Positions 50,683-64,000 of a DNA stretch of 64,000 nucleotides are shown here, piece after piece. This DNA is from Lama glama (Eukaryota). The position numbers and the translations under genes were made by a program. The notes beneath the pieces are model-generated. The model worked only from the letters and a program-made list of their open reading frames with translations. It searched no databases and was not told the DNA's origin. The DNA lies in NCBI GenBank assembly GCA_028534125.1, contig CM052817.1:45262001-45326000 (forward strand). Direction: 5' to 3'. Each line of letters begins with the position of its first letter. Position 1 is the first letter of the stretch.

Positions 50683-51947
50683 AGTCAGTTAACTATTTTG
50701 AAAGTGAGTGAAGCATTACATAAAAATTTAAACAGATTTTAAAAAAAGACTTGAGAGTTTCAGGACAGTCACAAAAGGAGAAACAAGGAACCTAGTAGAG
50801 TATTATGTAAAAGTTGAATTGGAGTCACTAAAATGTACAGTCTTAGCTATAGGCTCCATTATGGCTGGTATCTGATTTTTTAATTAAAAACAGCATCACC
50901 TTTGTAATGATTATGGTGGGCTATCTTTGGCTGTGAAACTTTTTGTTTAAAGGAAACCTGTGTTCAAATTTATTTGTTAATGGGAATTTAAATTACATCC
51001 TGATTTGCCCAATAGATACACACACACGTATGTATATTTAAACATGTAACATTCAAAGTTTCTCTTTTTCCTGCCTTTTTCTCCAATTCCTAATGTTTTA
51101 ATTTTTACTGTTTTGGGGGGCCTATAAACACATAAATCATTTACTTTAAATAATGAAAGGCTGTGTTTCTATTTTTATTTTGTACTTGTTTTTCTTGACC
51201 TTACCTTTGAGATTTCAGCTTAGAGGTACTTTATTATAGCACCTAACCCATTCTGTTCCCTGTTTGCTTTTTTATATTCCATGACAAGAGTATAAACTCC
51301 TGAGGGCTAGAGTCTTACCTTGTTCACTGAGATACCGCATTTACTATAAACAGTGCCTGATGAGTAGTTAGACAAATAATTGAAAGAAAATTTGGAAAGA
51401 CATACACCGAATGTAAAGAACCATTATCTGAAGTACTGAGGTTATTGCTGGTTTTTAATGGTAAGCATTATCATTTCGGAAACAGTGAAATGAATGCCTA
51501 GGAGAGAATACAAAGAAGACAAAAGTCAGTACTGTCCATGATGGATGTAATTTCAAAGTCCTGACTTATGCCCTCTCTAGTTTTCAAAAATGAACCATTG
51601 GAATCCAAGAATGTAGTAGTTAATGGTCCCCCAAGGAAAAAGATACTGTGAGTGAAAAGATTTTTACATAGTTTGATGCGGTCCTGAACTCCCTTGGGAA
51701 TGAGAAAGAGAACTCTGCTACTTCCCCCTGTATTGAGGGTTAGGGGGATTAAGAAATAGAGACACAGGGGAGATGGCGAATGTTGGAGATTACAGAGGTT
51801 GTTGGGAATTCATTATTTTGCCGTTGTAATTAGTTCTTGATAAATGGTATTTTCTTTATTTTCATTTCAATGGCTATGAAAATTTACTTCATGGAATTTA
51901 ATAAAGATGACTTTTAATAGTTATCATTCTTGTGTTTGCTCCCTTAG

Positions 51948-52067
<120 letters not shown>

Positions 52068-52189
52068 TAAATTTTAATTGGATTATTTAGTATTTTTATT
52101 TAGTTTTATTTTCTTGAATATGACTACGTATATTTTGTCTTTGCTGTTTCTTCATGTCCTGACAGTCTTTGCAAACCACATCCAATATT

Positions 52190-52410
52190 TTAGCAATCTG
52201 GGTTAAAAACAGACTCTGGAGCCAGTCTAGGTTCATGTATTAGCTGCCCCATTTAATAGGTGTGTAACCTTTGGGGAGTTAATTTAACCACTTCTGAACT
52301 TCAGTATGCTCTTTCAGGTAATACCATTTATTCCTGAGGTCGTTGGGGGCAGTTAAATGAATCAATATATGCAATTCACTGAGAACATTGCTTGGCATAG
52401 AGGAAGTCAT
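52190..52410 (+). mobile_element. MIR SINE
   Basis: 'ggttaaaaacagactctggagcca...tgtgtaacctttggggagttaatttaacc...gaacattgcttggcatagaggaag'. Confidence 0.7.
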
Positions 52411-52849
52411 ATGTTTTATTACAATAAGATCTGGGTTCTTTTTATGAAAAACTTAACTTTCATAACCTTAATTTAGGAATATATTAATTCTAATTGCTTT
52501 AGGTAATACCAGAGAAACACTAAGTTATCATGTACTTAAGAGCAGTATAAAAATATTAATGAGAAATTAGATGCTGAAACACTATAGATGTTTTCTACTT
52601 GATCTCTGAATTATTTTAATTAATTTAAATGTAAACTTTTAATCTAAGACTTTGGAATTAGTAATCATTTGAAACTCTTGAGTAGAATGTTGCACAGTAT
52701 CTGATACCCAAACAAACCTAGATAACTTGAGTTTTTGTATCTAAAAGGAAATAGGTCAATTACTACAGCATCAGTAATTAGAATCTATTTTGAATTATCT
52801 CATTATTCCACTTAACAAAATACAGATGTGGTAGGAATTAGATGAGACT

Positions 52850-53060
52850 AGCTAACAATTATATATTTAGTGTGCCAGACACACTAAGACTTCCATGTCA
52901 TTACACACTTAATCCTCACAACAACCCTATGGAGAAGTTGCTGTTGTTCTGCTTTATAAACAAAGAAACTGAACTTAAAGACCATAAGTCTCAAGATTAC
53001 ACAAGTAATGAGTGACTGAGCCAGACCTGGGAACTAGGTCTGTTTGACACCAGAACTCTA
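52850..53060 (-). mobile_element. MIR SINE
   Basis: 'gtgccagacacactaag...ttaatcctcacaacaaccctatgg...gaaactga'. Confidence 0.7.
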
Positions 53061-53115
53061 CTGCCTCAGACTTCTCTTCACAACTGAATGTTAATCATTA
53101 TCAATGGATTTACAG

Positions 53116-53197
53116 GTTTTATGGCAGGAATTCTTCCTATGTTCATGGTGGAGTAGATGCTAGTGGAAAGCCCCAGGAGGCTGTTTATGGCCAAAAT
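53116..53197 (+). CDS. G3BP2: G3BP2 coding exon 2 (aa 32-59)
   Basis: [27 protein letters not shown]. tacag| ... |gtgagt, 82 nt, phase fits. Confidence 0.98.
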
Positions 53198-53952
53198 GTG
53201 AGTATCAATTTCATATACATTTTAGATTATTTTATTAAGTTAAGATAAGTGATTTGAGAAAGAGCCTTCTTGTGCCCGTGGATTTCTTCTTGAATGTGAT
53301 CAATTAACTGTACTAGAATTTATGTTGCAGTTGTTGAATGTGCTTTGAGTTCTTACAAACATCCATTTTTTACAAAACAGTATTACACTGGGGTGATACA
53401 AAGGAGAAGATGGGACATTTTTATATTCTTGATGTATTTTATACATGAAATAGTTGACAGTGTATTAAGTTTACACAAATGTAGGCTAAACGTTGTGTTA
53501 CAGGAATGCATAGAAGCGTATCTTCTTTATGACTTTGTAGAGGATGTGGGACTTATACAGGCTTTGGCCTTAACCAAATAAGAGGAAGTTGAAAGTAGAA
53601 GAAACGGCCTCAGCAGACACACAGTAAAGTAAAATTAGGTGACTTCAAGGAGTAGTCAACACAGCTTATGTGAATGACTAAATACTTAATACAGAACAGT
53701 GGCAGAAAGCTGTATAATAGGAGACAGCCATCATGATTTCTTATAAAGAGAGGTGACATGTTGAAACTAGTGGTTTTAGGAACATTGGTCTGGCAGTAAT
53801 GCACAACATGGTACAATGGGTTCAGATGAGGCAGAGATATTAAGTAGGTAGTATTCTAATATTGTGAGGAAATCAGTGAAAGTCTGTAGTGTTGTACAGG
53901 TAATGCATGTAACAAATTTGTATTTCCTCCCCACATTCTTTTCCCAATAAAG

Positions 53953-54126
53953 GATATACACCACAAAGTATTGTCTCTGAACTTCAGTGAATGTCATACT
54001 AAAATTCGTCATGTGGATGCTCATGCAACCTTAAGTGATGGAGTAGTTGTCCAGGTCATGGGTTTGCTATCCAACAGTGGACAGCCAGAGAGGAAGTTTA
54101 TGCAAACATTTGTTCTGGCTCCTGAA
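53953..54126 (+). CDS. G3BP2: G3BP2 coding exon 3 (aa 60-117)
   Basis: [58 protein letters not shown]. aag| ... |gtaagt. Confidence 0.98.
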
Positions 54127-54615
54127 GTAAGTTTTCATTTCAGTTAATTTTCATTTATGTGATTTTATTTTGCTGCTGCTAATTGCTTCAGGTGTCCAAA
54201 TAGTTTCTTTTTACAGGTATAAATATGCATGTAGCCATTTTTGAGAAATCTATATTGGATCTGTTGATTAAGTGAGACCCTGATACAAATGTGTAAATAG
54301 ATGATTAAGATTACAGAAACAATATAAAAAGCATATATTTAATAGGTAACATACTAAACAATGGAAAAATTCCATTTGTTAGTTGATCCTGGTTCTCTTC
54401 TATTGAGTAACCATTTCTTGAGTTTTGATATTCTTTGAATGATCTTCTGTAGTTTATATTATCATATAGCATGGTCAAATTTTGGAAGTTATGTTGAGTC
54501 TACATTATTTTTGTACTATTAAAATAGAAATTGTGTGTGCCATGTAATTTGTTCTTTTAATGTAATGCTACATTTATTGATATTTATGGAATATTTGGAT
54601 GTTGTTTTCCTATAG

Positions 54616-54765
<150 letters not shown>

Positions 54766-55384
54766 TGAAAGTTACAGAAATTTGCCTCTATTGTAACTGA
54801 ATCAAACCTCCTTTCCCCCTTTTTGTTCCCGTTTTTTGTTATGAAAGAAATAGATGTTCATTAGATGAAATTATAAAAATTAGGCATAGAAAGTAAAAAA
54901 ATTTCCCTCATCCTCTAACCAAGAGTTGGCCTATTACAGAATTTAGTTATAGCTTATACTGACCAGTACTTTTCTAAAAGTGGAAGTGTGCTGGCTCAGA
55001 GCTTGCTTTTTCTCACTTAATATATCTTTGTTGGCTATTGACTTTTTTTTTCAGCTATACCATAATTGTTTAATTGATTTTTCCATTGATATACATCAAT
55101 TTATTTCCTTTTCTTTATCATTATTGTTTCATTGAATAGACGTGACAAAGGAAACTGAGTTATGACTTTAATATCATTCATTTCATATCCTTTTCTTACT
55201 TATGGACCTTTTTTAAAAATAGAGTAATTCCAAACTTCATCTTGCTTGCTTTCCAGCTTTTTAAAAGAACAAAGGATGTTACAATTAAAAGCCTTTGTAA
55301 AAAATAAGTCAATTTTTTTTACTATAATATCACTTCCTTAAACATTAAAAATACATGTATCAAATTGTGTATTAAGCCTCTTAA

Positions 55385-55516
<132 letters not shown>

Positions 55517-56015
55517 TAAGAATACTGATTGCAAGGCCAAATTTGGTTTCAACTATAATGTAGTAGCAAGGTGGTTTTTATTTCTAGAATTACTGTTGGA
55601 AGTAAATTTTTGATAAAGCTACCAAGCCAGCATTTGAGTATTCACTGTATATATGCAAGAAATTTGGGTAGCATTGTATTTAATCCAAAAACTGAATATG
55701 GTTTGGCCCCAAACTGATCACTTACTGATGCAGCACAATGCTTGAAACAACACAGAGAGTGAGCATTTTATTTTTTAAATAATGAGGTTTGTTTATAGGT
55801 AGTGCTAAAGTAAACATTTTGAGTAATCAAGTTTTTAAATGATTAAAGAAATGCTGCTAGAGTATTATTCCTTTCTGCCTTCTAGTTCTTAATGGACTTT
55901 TGCTTCAGAGCATTATTACTAGCATGCCCTTTAGATTAGAGAAATGCTGAGTTTTCTTTTATTCAAACTGATTATTTCACTCATACTGAAAAGTGAATAA
56001 AATATTTTATTGTAG

Positions 56016-56196
56016 TAATGGCATAGAGGAGCCTTTGGAAGAATCCTCTCATGAACCTGAACCTGAGCCAGAATCTGAAACAAAGACTGAAGAGCTGAAA
56101 CCGCAAGTGGAGGAGAAGAACTTAGAAGAATTAGAGGAGAAGTCTACATCTCCTCCTCCTGCTGAACCTGTTTCTCTGCCACAGGAGCCACCAAAG
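56016..56196 (+). CDS. G3BP2: G3BP2 coding exon 6 (aa 182-242)
   Basis: [60 protein letters not shown]. tgtag| ... |gttaga. Confidence 0.98.
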
Positions 56197-57124
56197 GTTA
56201 GATCAAAGGAGCTTTTTAGACCTATAACATCACACTTTCATATATGGTGCCATTAATGAAGCATGACCTTTGTTCTGTTACAATACATTGTTTAACATAG
56301 TAAAGTATGCTTTTTTAAAAAAAAGGATATGAATGAAGCTATGGGTTTTTTTTTTTAATAATCCTGAGGAAATTTCATTGTATTTTTACCCCCTAAAAAG
56401 TACCCCTGAGTGAAATTTGTATGCAGTGTTAGTATCTTACATGAAATCATTTGGGTCCATGTATAAAGCTGAGTTCCTCTTCCACTCTGTACTGAGTCCT
56501 CGAGCATGGATGCAACAGGAATCATGCAATTTCCCAAATTAAAACAAGTTGGCCTATTATTAAAAGAAGAGATACATGTTTTTTCTGGTTTAAATGTGAA
56601 CAATTTCCTTTCTACACTAATGAAACTATTAGAAAGATGAGTGACACCCATAGTGTATCATTCAAACCTATCTAAAACATCTTTTATCTTTCTGTAAAGT
56701 AGAAGGTTAAAGTATATTTGGGTAGTGAGAGGAGATTCCTTGTTCAATTTGTGAATGTCTGTTAAAGTTTCCAGCTAGTGTTCTCTTCTCTTCTGTCCTT
56801 CCCCTCTCCCCTTAACACCATCTCAGCACCCTGTCTTCCCCCAAAAGGGAAAAGAAATTGGTTCTGTTAGGTTCTTACTTTTTCTAGCATGTGTAGTTGT
56901 TAGTGGTTTTGTTTGCCACTTGCTCATCTACTTAGAGCATATAGGAACTTGCTTGTGGATTTTAGTTGTTCAGACAAAAGAGTCAAATAATCTTGCATAA
57001 TGAGATTTTGAAAGCTGGCACATAGACTGGCATGTGTGTGTGTGCCTTTCTTTCAGGAGTCCTCCATAATAGAGCAATAGTTTAGAAATGAAAAGAAAAT
57101 ATTTATTTGGAAGTTGCCCTATAG

Positions 57125-57289
<165 letters not shown>

Positions 57290-58394
57290 TGAACACATTG
57301 GATTGTATCCTTGTTACATTGCCAATTGCTTATCTTTTTTATATTTTAAAATGAGTCAATCAGAAATTATGGATTAAATATACAAAAAATGTATTAAATG
57401 TCAGTGCACCCACTTTAAATGCCAAATCTCCATTCATCATCTACATAGGTGGTATTTGGGGTTTGGGTATGTGAAATACAGATTAAGTTGGTTTTACTAA
57501 TATCTATTGGCATTTAAAAGGCTTCTTAAAATAACCAAAAAAAGTTCCTTTTTGAAAGTTTAAAATTTTATTTAGCAAAAATATTTTAGGGAAGAAATTT
57601 GGAAAGGCACAAAATAGTATGGCATTATAAAGAATCGCTGTTTTTTAGAAATAGAGAACTTTAAAAAATACACTGCCTAAGCTCTCAGTCTGTAAGTGGT
57701 TCATACCATTTAATTGAAGCCTGTACCAACTTATGACTGTAGTGTTCACCTTAACTGATCATTCCAGTATTCTGCTTTTTGTCTGTTTGTCATCCTACCC
57801 ATTTCAGAGCTTTTAAAAAATTGAAAATAAGACAACTGGCTACCTAATATGTTTATTAGGTAAAATTTAGAGTTAACTAAATTCTAAGGTTGATAGGCAC
57901 AGTTGAAGGGTGTCCATTTCTTTTCCCTACACTTTGAGTCAAACTTCATTCCACCAGAAAATTTACATTTAAAATGGTTAGTGCACATAAAATTGTGTCT
58001 GTACACCTCTCTGTATGCTCTTCAACAGTGAAACTTTGAAATTTCAGAAGTAGCTGGTAACTATTAGTGTTTCTAGTATTGGTACACATAATTAGCTACA
58101 TAATAGAATACACGAGCCTCATGATAAGTTTTTTTCAGCCAAATATTCAGGAACTATTGAGTAATCATCTCAGATCACAAACCAGAATTCTATCTTAATG
58201 AATAAAATTAATTTGCGAAGTACTGATTGTGCTTTTCAATGCATCTGAAGACCCAATAAGTGACTTCCAGATTTTATTTTGAAATGCTATAATTCTTACC
58301 AGATTTGCATTTGGAGTCCTTTGAATTGTTACTTGATTTCAGAGAGTTGTCTAAATTTATTTTAAACTTACTGCTAGTTAAAAGTTAGGGTAGC

Positions 58395-58620
58395 TAATGG
58401 CTTATTTTGCCTTTAGTAAGTGTCAGGCATTGTGCAAAGCACTTAAATATTTATTCTTATCTAATCCTCACAACCACCCTGTGAGAATGATTACTATTAT
58501 TCCTGCTTTACAGATGAGTAAATTGAGGCCTAGAGTTCCTCACCTAAGGTCAGACAGCTATATAAATAAAGTAGTAGGGCTGTGCTTTCATTGCAGGTGG
58601 ACACAATGCAAATCTGTAGG
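58395..58620 (-). mobile_element. MIR SINE
   Basis: 'gtgtcaggcattgtgcaaagcact...ctaatcctcacaaccaccctgtgag...ttacagatgagtaaattgaggcctagag'. Confidence 0.8.
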
Positions 58621-61357
58621 TTTCTTTAGCCTCTGGAGGGTAATGTAGCTACATCAGAGAAGAAGAATGCTGACTTCTGGCACATCTAAATTACATTAGA
58701 TCCTAGCCTCTTAGCCAGGAAAAAAAATTTTTAAGTTTTTTTTAAATTGTAAGAGACTGGATTATATTTCCCACCCCACCCCCTTTTTAAACAAAAATGT
58801 TAAATATTTATAATTTAAATTTCTGATCTCTTTAAGCTATATTAGAGTGGATTCATGATTTTTCCACTTGATTTAATAAACCCTTTAATTTTATTTTGTT
58901 ACTTTGGTGTAATATCCATTTCCTTAATACTTTTAGCATAGATTATTAATAAAAGGAGGATTAATCTAGTTCTAGGGCATTGGTAGGCATTAATTTAGAA
59001 GTAGGTAGGTTAATTTCTTGTAATTATATTTTGTCTGGAAATTGATTAGTTCATTTAAATAGCTTATGTTCTGTTGAAGTACATATTAGTTATGGTTTTA
59101 CCTGCTGCTGTTGACTTGATTTGATGGTTTCATTTTTATTGCATATTCTCTTTGACCTTCATTTGTGAGATTTGTCATGTGAGCATACTTCCTGGTTGCA
59201 TGGAATTAATTGTAAGGCCTTATAGTTGTGTGTGGTATATTAGCTATTTTACCTTGTTGGAATAAATAGTTTTCATGAAATTGAGCCTGAAGAATTAGTA
59301 AGTGCACAGCTCCCTTAGTTGGCATATATTAATCATTTATTGAAAGGAATATTGATAAATTTTTTTTGGTCTTATATGTTTTTCTTCTATTGGCTTTATC
59401 AAGTATCTCTTAAAAGTCAGGTTGTTAAATTAATGTATGGATTATTTGTAAGATGTTTATGTTCTTAATTTTAAATCCTTAGAAGATAATGAAGTCCTTT
59501 TTTGTTTTGCTGCTTGTAGTTATTTTCATTATCTGTTTTGAAAAGAGTTTGAATCAATCACCCAGAGTTCTTTCTTTTTCTTTGTATGAGTTTTTCTGAG
59601 ATTTTTAAATTAAAAGGTATATATTTCCTATTTTTAGTAATTTCTTAAACATACTAGCTTCATCAAACTTTGTTAGAGCATATCTGTTCTTTAATTCTGT
59701 TTTACATTCATAATGAAGTAACTTCTGCTTTTAGGCCCTTAGTTGAAATTTCTAAATAATTGCCTTTTTCAGATCTGACATTTTCAATAAAGTTATTATG
59801 TAGTGTTAAATTTGAAATACAGATAGCTGTAACTTAGGGCTCCCGGTCAGGCATAGAACATTCACCTACATCTTTTGGGGTAGAGAACTAAAAATGTAAT
59901 TTAACTTTAAATGAACCAGTAGTTAACTGAACATCTCTGTGTAACAGCACTGTGCTTGGTTCTTTATGTGGTGTAGAAATGAATTAAGATACGGTTCTTG
60001 TAAGAATAAATACGTATTAAAAAAAAGAATAAATATGTATAAATTTAAAACTTGGGAGAGTTAAACATTAGCTTTTTTTTTTTTAAGTAACAAAATTCTA
60101 GAACATGGGAAACAATTTTATTTTGAGGGAAATGGGAACTACATGAAGAAAACAGAATTGGGAAAATCTGTTAAGAACTGCTAGGATAGGAGATAATATA
60201 CCTTTTGGTTACAGTGGGTGAAACCACTTATAATAAATTGTCAGTTTTTGAAAGAAACATAGCTCTTTGTAACAAAATTGGTCCTTACAAATTATAATAT
60301 CCCAGTTATATAAATGATGAAAGAGTTTGAGCCACTGCCTGGACTGAGGTACTCAGAGATGATCAGCCATAAAGACAGGACTGAAATTACTAGCTTTCTG
60401 ACTTGACACATTTTTCATATTCCTGCTGAGTGTTTTCAGCATGTATTTTGTCTCTTCCTTGGACCATAAGTATTTGGACAGTAGACAGCCTGAAGAGGTT
60501 GGGAATACAGAACATGCCAGTGTATTAAGGAAAAGGTAATAGCAGATGTGAATGTCATTTTCTTTTTAAAACAGTTACTTTAATTATATGTGTTTAATTT
60601 AGCAGTTAGCAGAAACTTTTGGAGGGTACCCTAAAATGTTCTGTTACTTCTGCCACCTCCAAGAAGCAGTTAAGAAACATTGTTGGGGTCAGTACTTAAA
60701 TAAATGCACACTTCTCCCGTAAGGAAGAACAATAGGAAACTAAAGGACTTCATTGACTATTTGAGGTCTATATACATGTTCCTATCTTGTTTTTTATGTA
60801 CATTTTAACTTAAAGGTAGTATTTTTAGGTGCCAGAGTATGCCAAATTGTATTTTGAACTGTCAAAACACTGATTTTTAAAATTATTTATGGGGTGAGGT
60901 TTAGAAGATAATCTGAGTACTATTAAATTTGAAAGGCAACAAACTAGATAATTAGAAAGTGTGTCATATATTTTTGTCTTTCTAAGATAAAGATGGCTTT
61001 TTATTTTGTATATGTATTTATATGGAGTGGCTCATCTTGCATTTTTGTGATTTTTGTAGCAATACCTTTTATGCTGTCTCTTTGTGGATATAACTTTATT
61101 GAAAAAATATGGTTGTAAAAGCAGCTTTTTGTGAGTTATAGCCTTGTGTGGAAAATAAAAGCTTACCCTACAGTCCTAGATTGGTACAGAATATCTTTGT
61201 AAAAATTTGTTTTCACATATATAGGATACTACATTAAAAATACTTTAAACTTAAAATTACCATTATGCCTGCTAGTGACTTGCTGGTGGTTGCTTTACTT
61301 GGTTTTTCTCTTATGGAATGTGTGTTTTCATAATGTGTTTTTTCCCTTATATTGTAG

Positions 61358-61513
<156 letters not shown>

Positions 61514-62737
61514 TGAAACTGAAAAAAAATTTTTTTAACTATAATACATTTTATACACAAATCCTTTCAGTACCAGATTACTTAAAGGCTTAAGTAACCT
61601 GTCCTGCTGAATACAGCCAGGGACAAAACAACTTTTAGAGAATTAGCTGACATGCCATGGAGGCCTGTATTTTGAAGGTGTAATAGAATTTTGAGACAAA
61701 TTTTATTTGGTTATTGTCGCTGGTTGTAAGAAGTCAAAACCTAGCTGCCAATAACCTAGTCTCTTACTTAGCACCCTTATCTCTTCACAGATAAACAATA
61801 AGCACACCCTGATTCTTTTTTTGATTGTCTTAGGTATTAAGTTGCCATGATTTTTGACTTGTTTCCATTGTTAGCTAATATATGTAGAACCTCTGAATTC
61901 CGTTAAGTATGCTTAGATTGCTTTTGGGAGGAGGTGGGAGAATAGTTTACATCAAATTTAGAATATATAATTTTCCCACAAAAGTAAAATAAGTGATGTG
62001 TTGTTAAACTAGAAGCCATGGGAGCTGGGGTTTGTCCTAGCTTTGCCACTGACTGAGTTTATGATCTTGGGTGAGACCCTTAAATCATGAGATTCTCTTA
62101 TGCTATTTGGTTACTACATAAATTTTTCCTATGTGATGTCTTTCTTTTATATGCCTCACTGTGTTCCTTGTAGTTTTTTGGGAGGATCAAATTCGATTAT
62201 ATATATATATGTTTATATATAAACATACACACACACACACATACAGACATGCACAACCCCTAATGTGTATAAAAGGCTATATAAATGAGATATTATTGCT
62301 ATTAAATTTACTGATTTGCCTATGATGTCATACAGCCAAAGACCAAGTAATTTGTGAACTTCAAAATACTGCACAAATATTTAGTACAAATATATCTCAC
62401 TATTTGAAATCTATTTGAAACCTATTTTTATGTATCTGAAATCTGGTTCCTGGGTGATGGCAAGAGTTTGGTTAAGGAGGAATACTTGTATGGCTAATAT
62501 TTGATTCTCATATAATCAGACCAGCAGATCTAGAGAGGGACTGTAGCAATCTAGTCAATACGCTCACTTTCCACTTTTGTGTCATGTTGTTCTCTAACTA
62601 ACCTACTAATAATAGGCACTTCCCCCTCTGTTCAGGGAACTCACTATCTTACTAAACTAAACTAAAACAGGAATATCAAGTGGTGTTTTTTTTTTTAACA
62701 TTCATTGCTTTGAACTAGTTTTTATGTGACACTGTAA

Positions 62738-62959
<222 letters not shown>

Positions 62960-63455
62960 TAATTAGGATTAAAAAAAATTTACCTCTGTATACTGTGTAT
63001 ATCTCCAGGTACTAATCACCTTTAATTGTTAAGAAGGGAGTAGAAGGTTATATCAGAGATTTCCCATTGACTGTACTTAGTGTTGACTTGCCTGGTTCTG
63101 TAGAGGTTAGAAGAAAGAGCTAGATGAACATCTTAAATTTGGAAATGAGATTCATTTGGCAAGTCAGAAATAGAAAATAACATTATCTCTTTAAAACTAT
63201 GTAGGTAACTTTTCTTTTGAAAGCATTAACAAAAGATGAAGAAGGAAGAAGCAGAAGAGTAACAAGACAGTCTAGTTGGCCTCTAAGGTGAATGACCTAT
63301 AAAAGTAAATGTACCTTAATTGTCACTGGGTATAGCAGCTTGTGACTTTTATTTTGAAATGGATAAGGAGATTAAGGTATTACATCCTGAACAATTAAAG
63401 TCACAAAATATTCTGTTAAAATATTTAACCCTTGGTGTAATGTATATTTTCACAG

Positions 63456-63574
63456 GTTTTGGAAACGTTGTGGAACTTCGCATCAATACCAAGGGTGTTG
63501 GGGGAAAGCTTCCAAATTTTGGTTTTGTGGTTTTTGATGACTCTGAACCAGTTCAGAGAATCTTAATTGCAAAA
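63456..63574 (+). CDS. G3BP2: G3BP2 coding exon 10 (aa 353-392, RRM RNP1)
   Basis: [40 protein letters not shown]. cacag| ... |gtaagt. Confidence 0.98.
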
Positions 63575-63799
63575 GTAAGTGACTTAAGGGGCATAATTCA
63601 AGACTCTTATTCCTATTGTATATGATGCTAATTTGGTGCATTTAAAAACTATAGAAAGCCTTTTTTTTTTAAACAGTAAAGCTAAAAATAGTTCACTATA
63701 AAATGGTATTTATGCAAAGAATAAAGATTTGTTAGTTTTAAAGTCTGAGGTATGGATTTTATTATTTACTCTGGTGAAGAAAGTTGGAATAGATATTAA

Positions 63800-64000
<201 letters not shown>

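Noticed and set aside
52190..53060. Inverted MIR pair in the intron after coding exon 1
   Set aside because: The copies are too diverged to form a convincing duplex.

Overview
Mammalian genomic DNA, almost certainly a camelid (camel, alpaca or llama), judged from ten copies of a tRNA-Ala-derived vic-1-type SINE. The only protein-coding gene I can support is G3BP2 (stress-granule nucleator) on the + strand. It has a CpG-island promoter at about 38.4-39.6 kb and two candidate alternative first exons (donors after 38886 and 39079). Eleven coding exons run from the ATG at 51972 to the window end, giving 422 codons with all phases consistent: NTF2-like domain, acidic region, the 99-nt a/b cassette exon, PxxP region, RRM and the start of the RG-rich tail. 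The first ~38 kb is repeat-rich non-coding sequence (L1, L2, MIR, MaLR/ERV1 LTRs, DNA transposons). Intron 1 holds an antisense TMA7 processed pseudogene. There are no prokaryotic-type systems such as CRISPR arrays or operons. I cannot claim a confidently novel biological system. The best leads are: (i) both first exons are stop-free and in frame with the CDS, allowing non-AUG N-terminal extensions; (ii) a closely spaced inverted SINE pair in intron 1 that could form dsRNA; (iii) several very short retrotransposition scars (orphan mRNA 3' ends, an L1 3' transduction, poly(A)-only inserts, an L1 with a swapped 3' tail); (iv) CpG-retaining patches upstream, one with a consensus splice donor. Repeat family names come from recalled consensus sequences, not from a search, and repeat boundaries are approximate.
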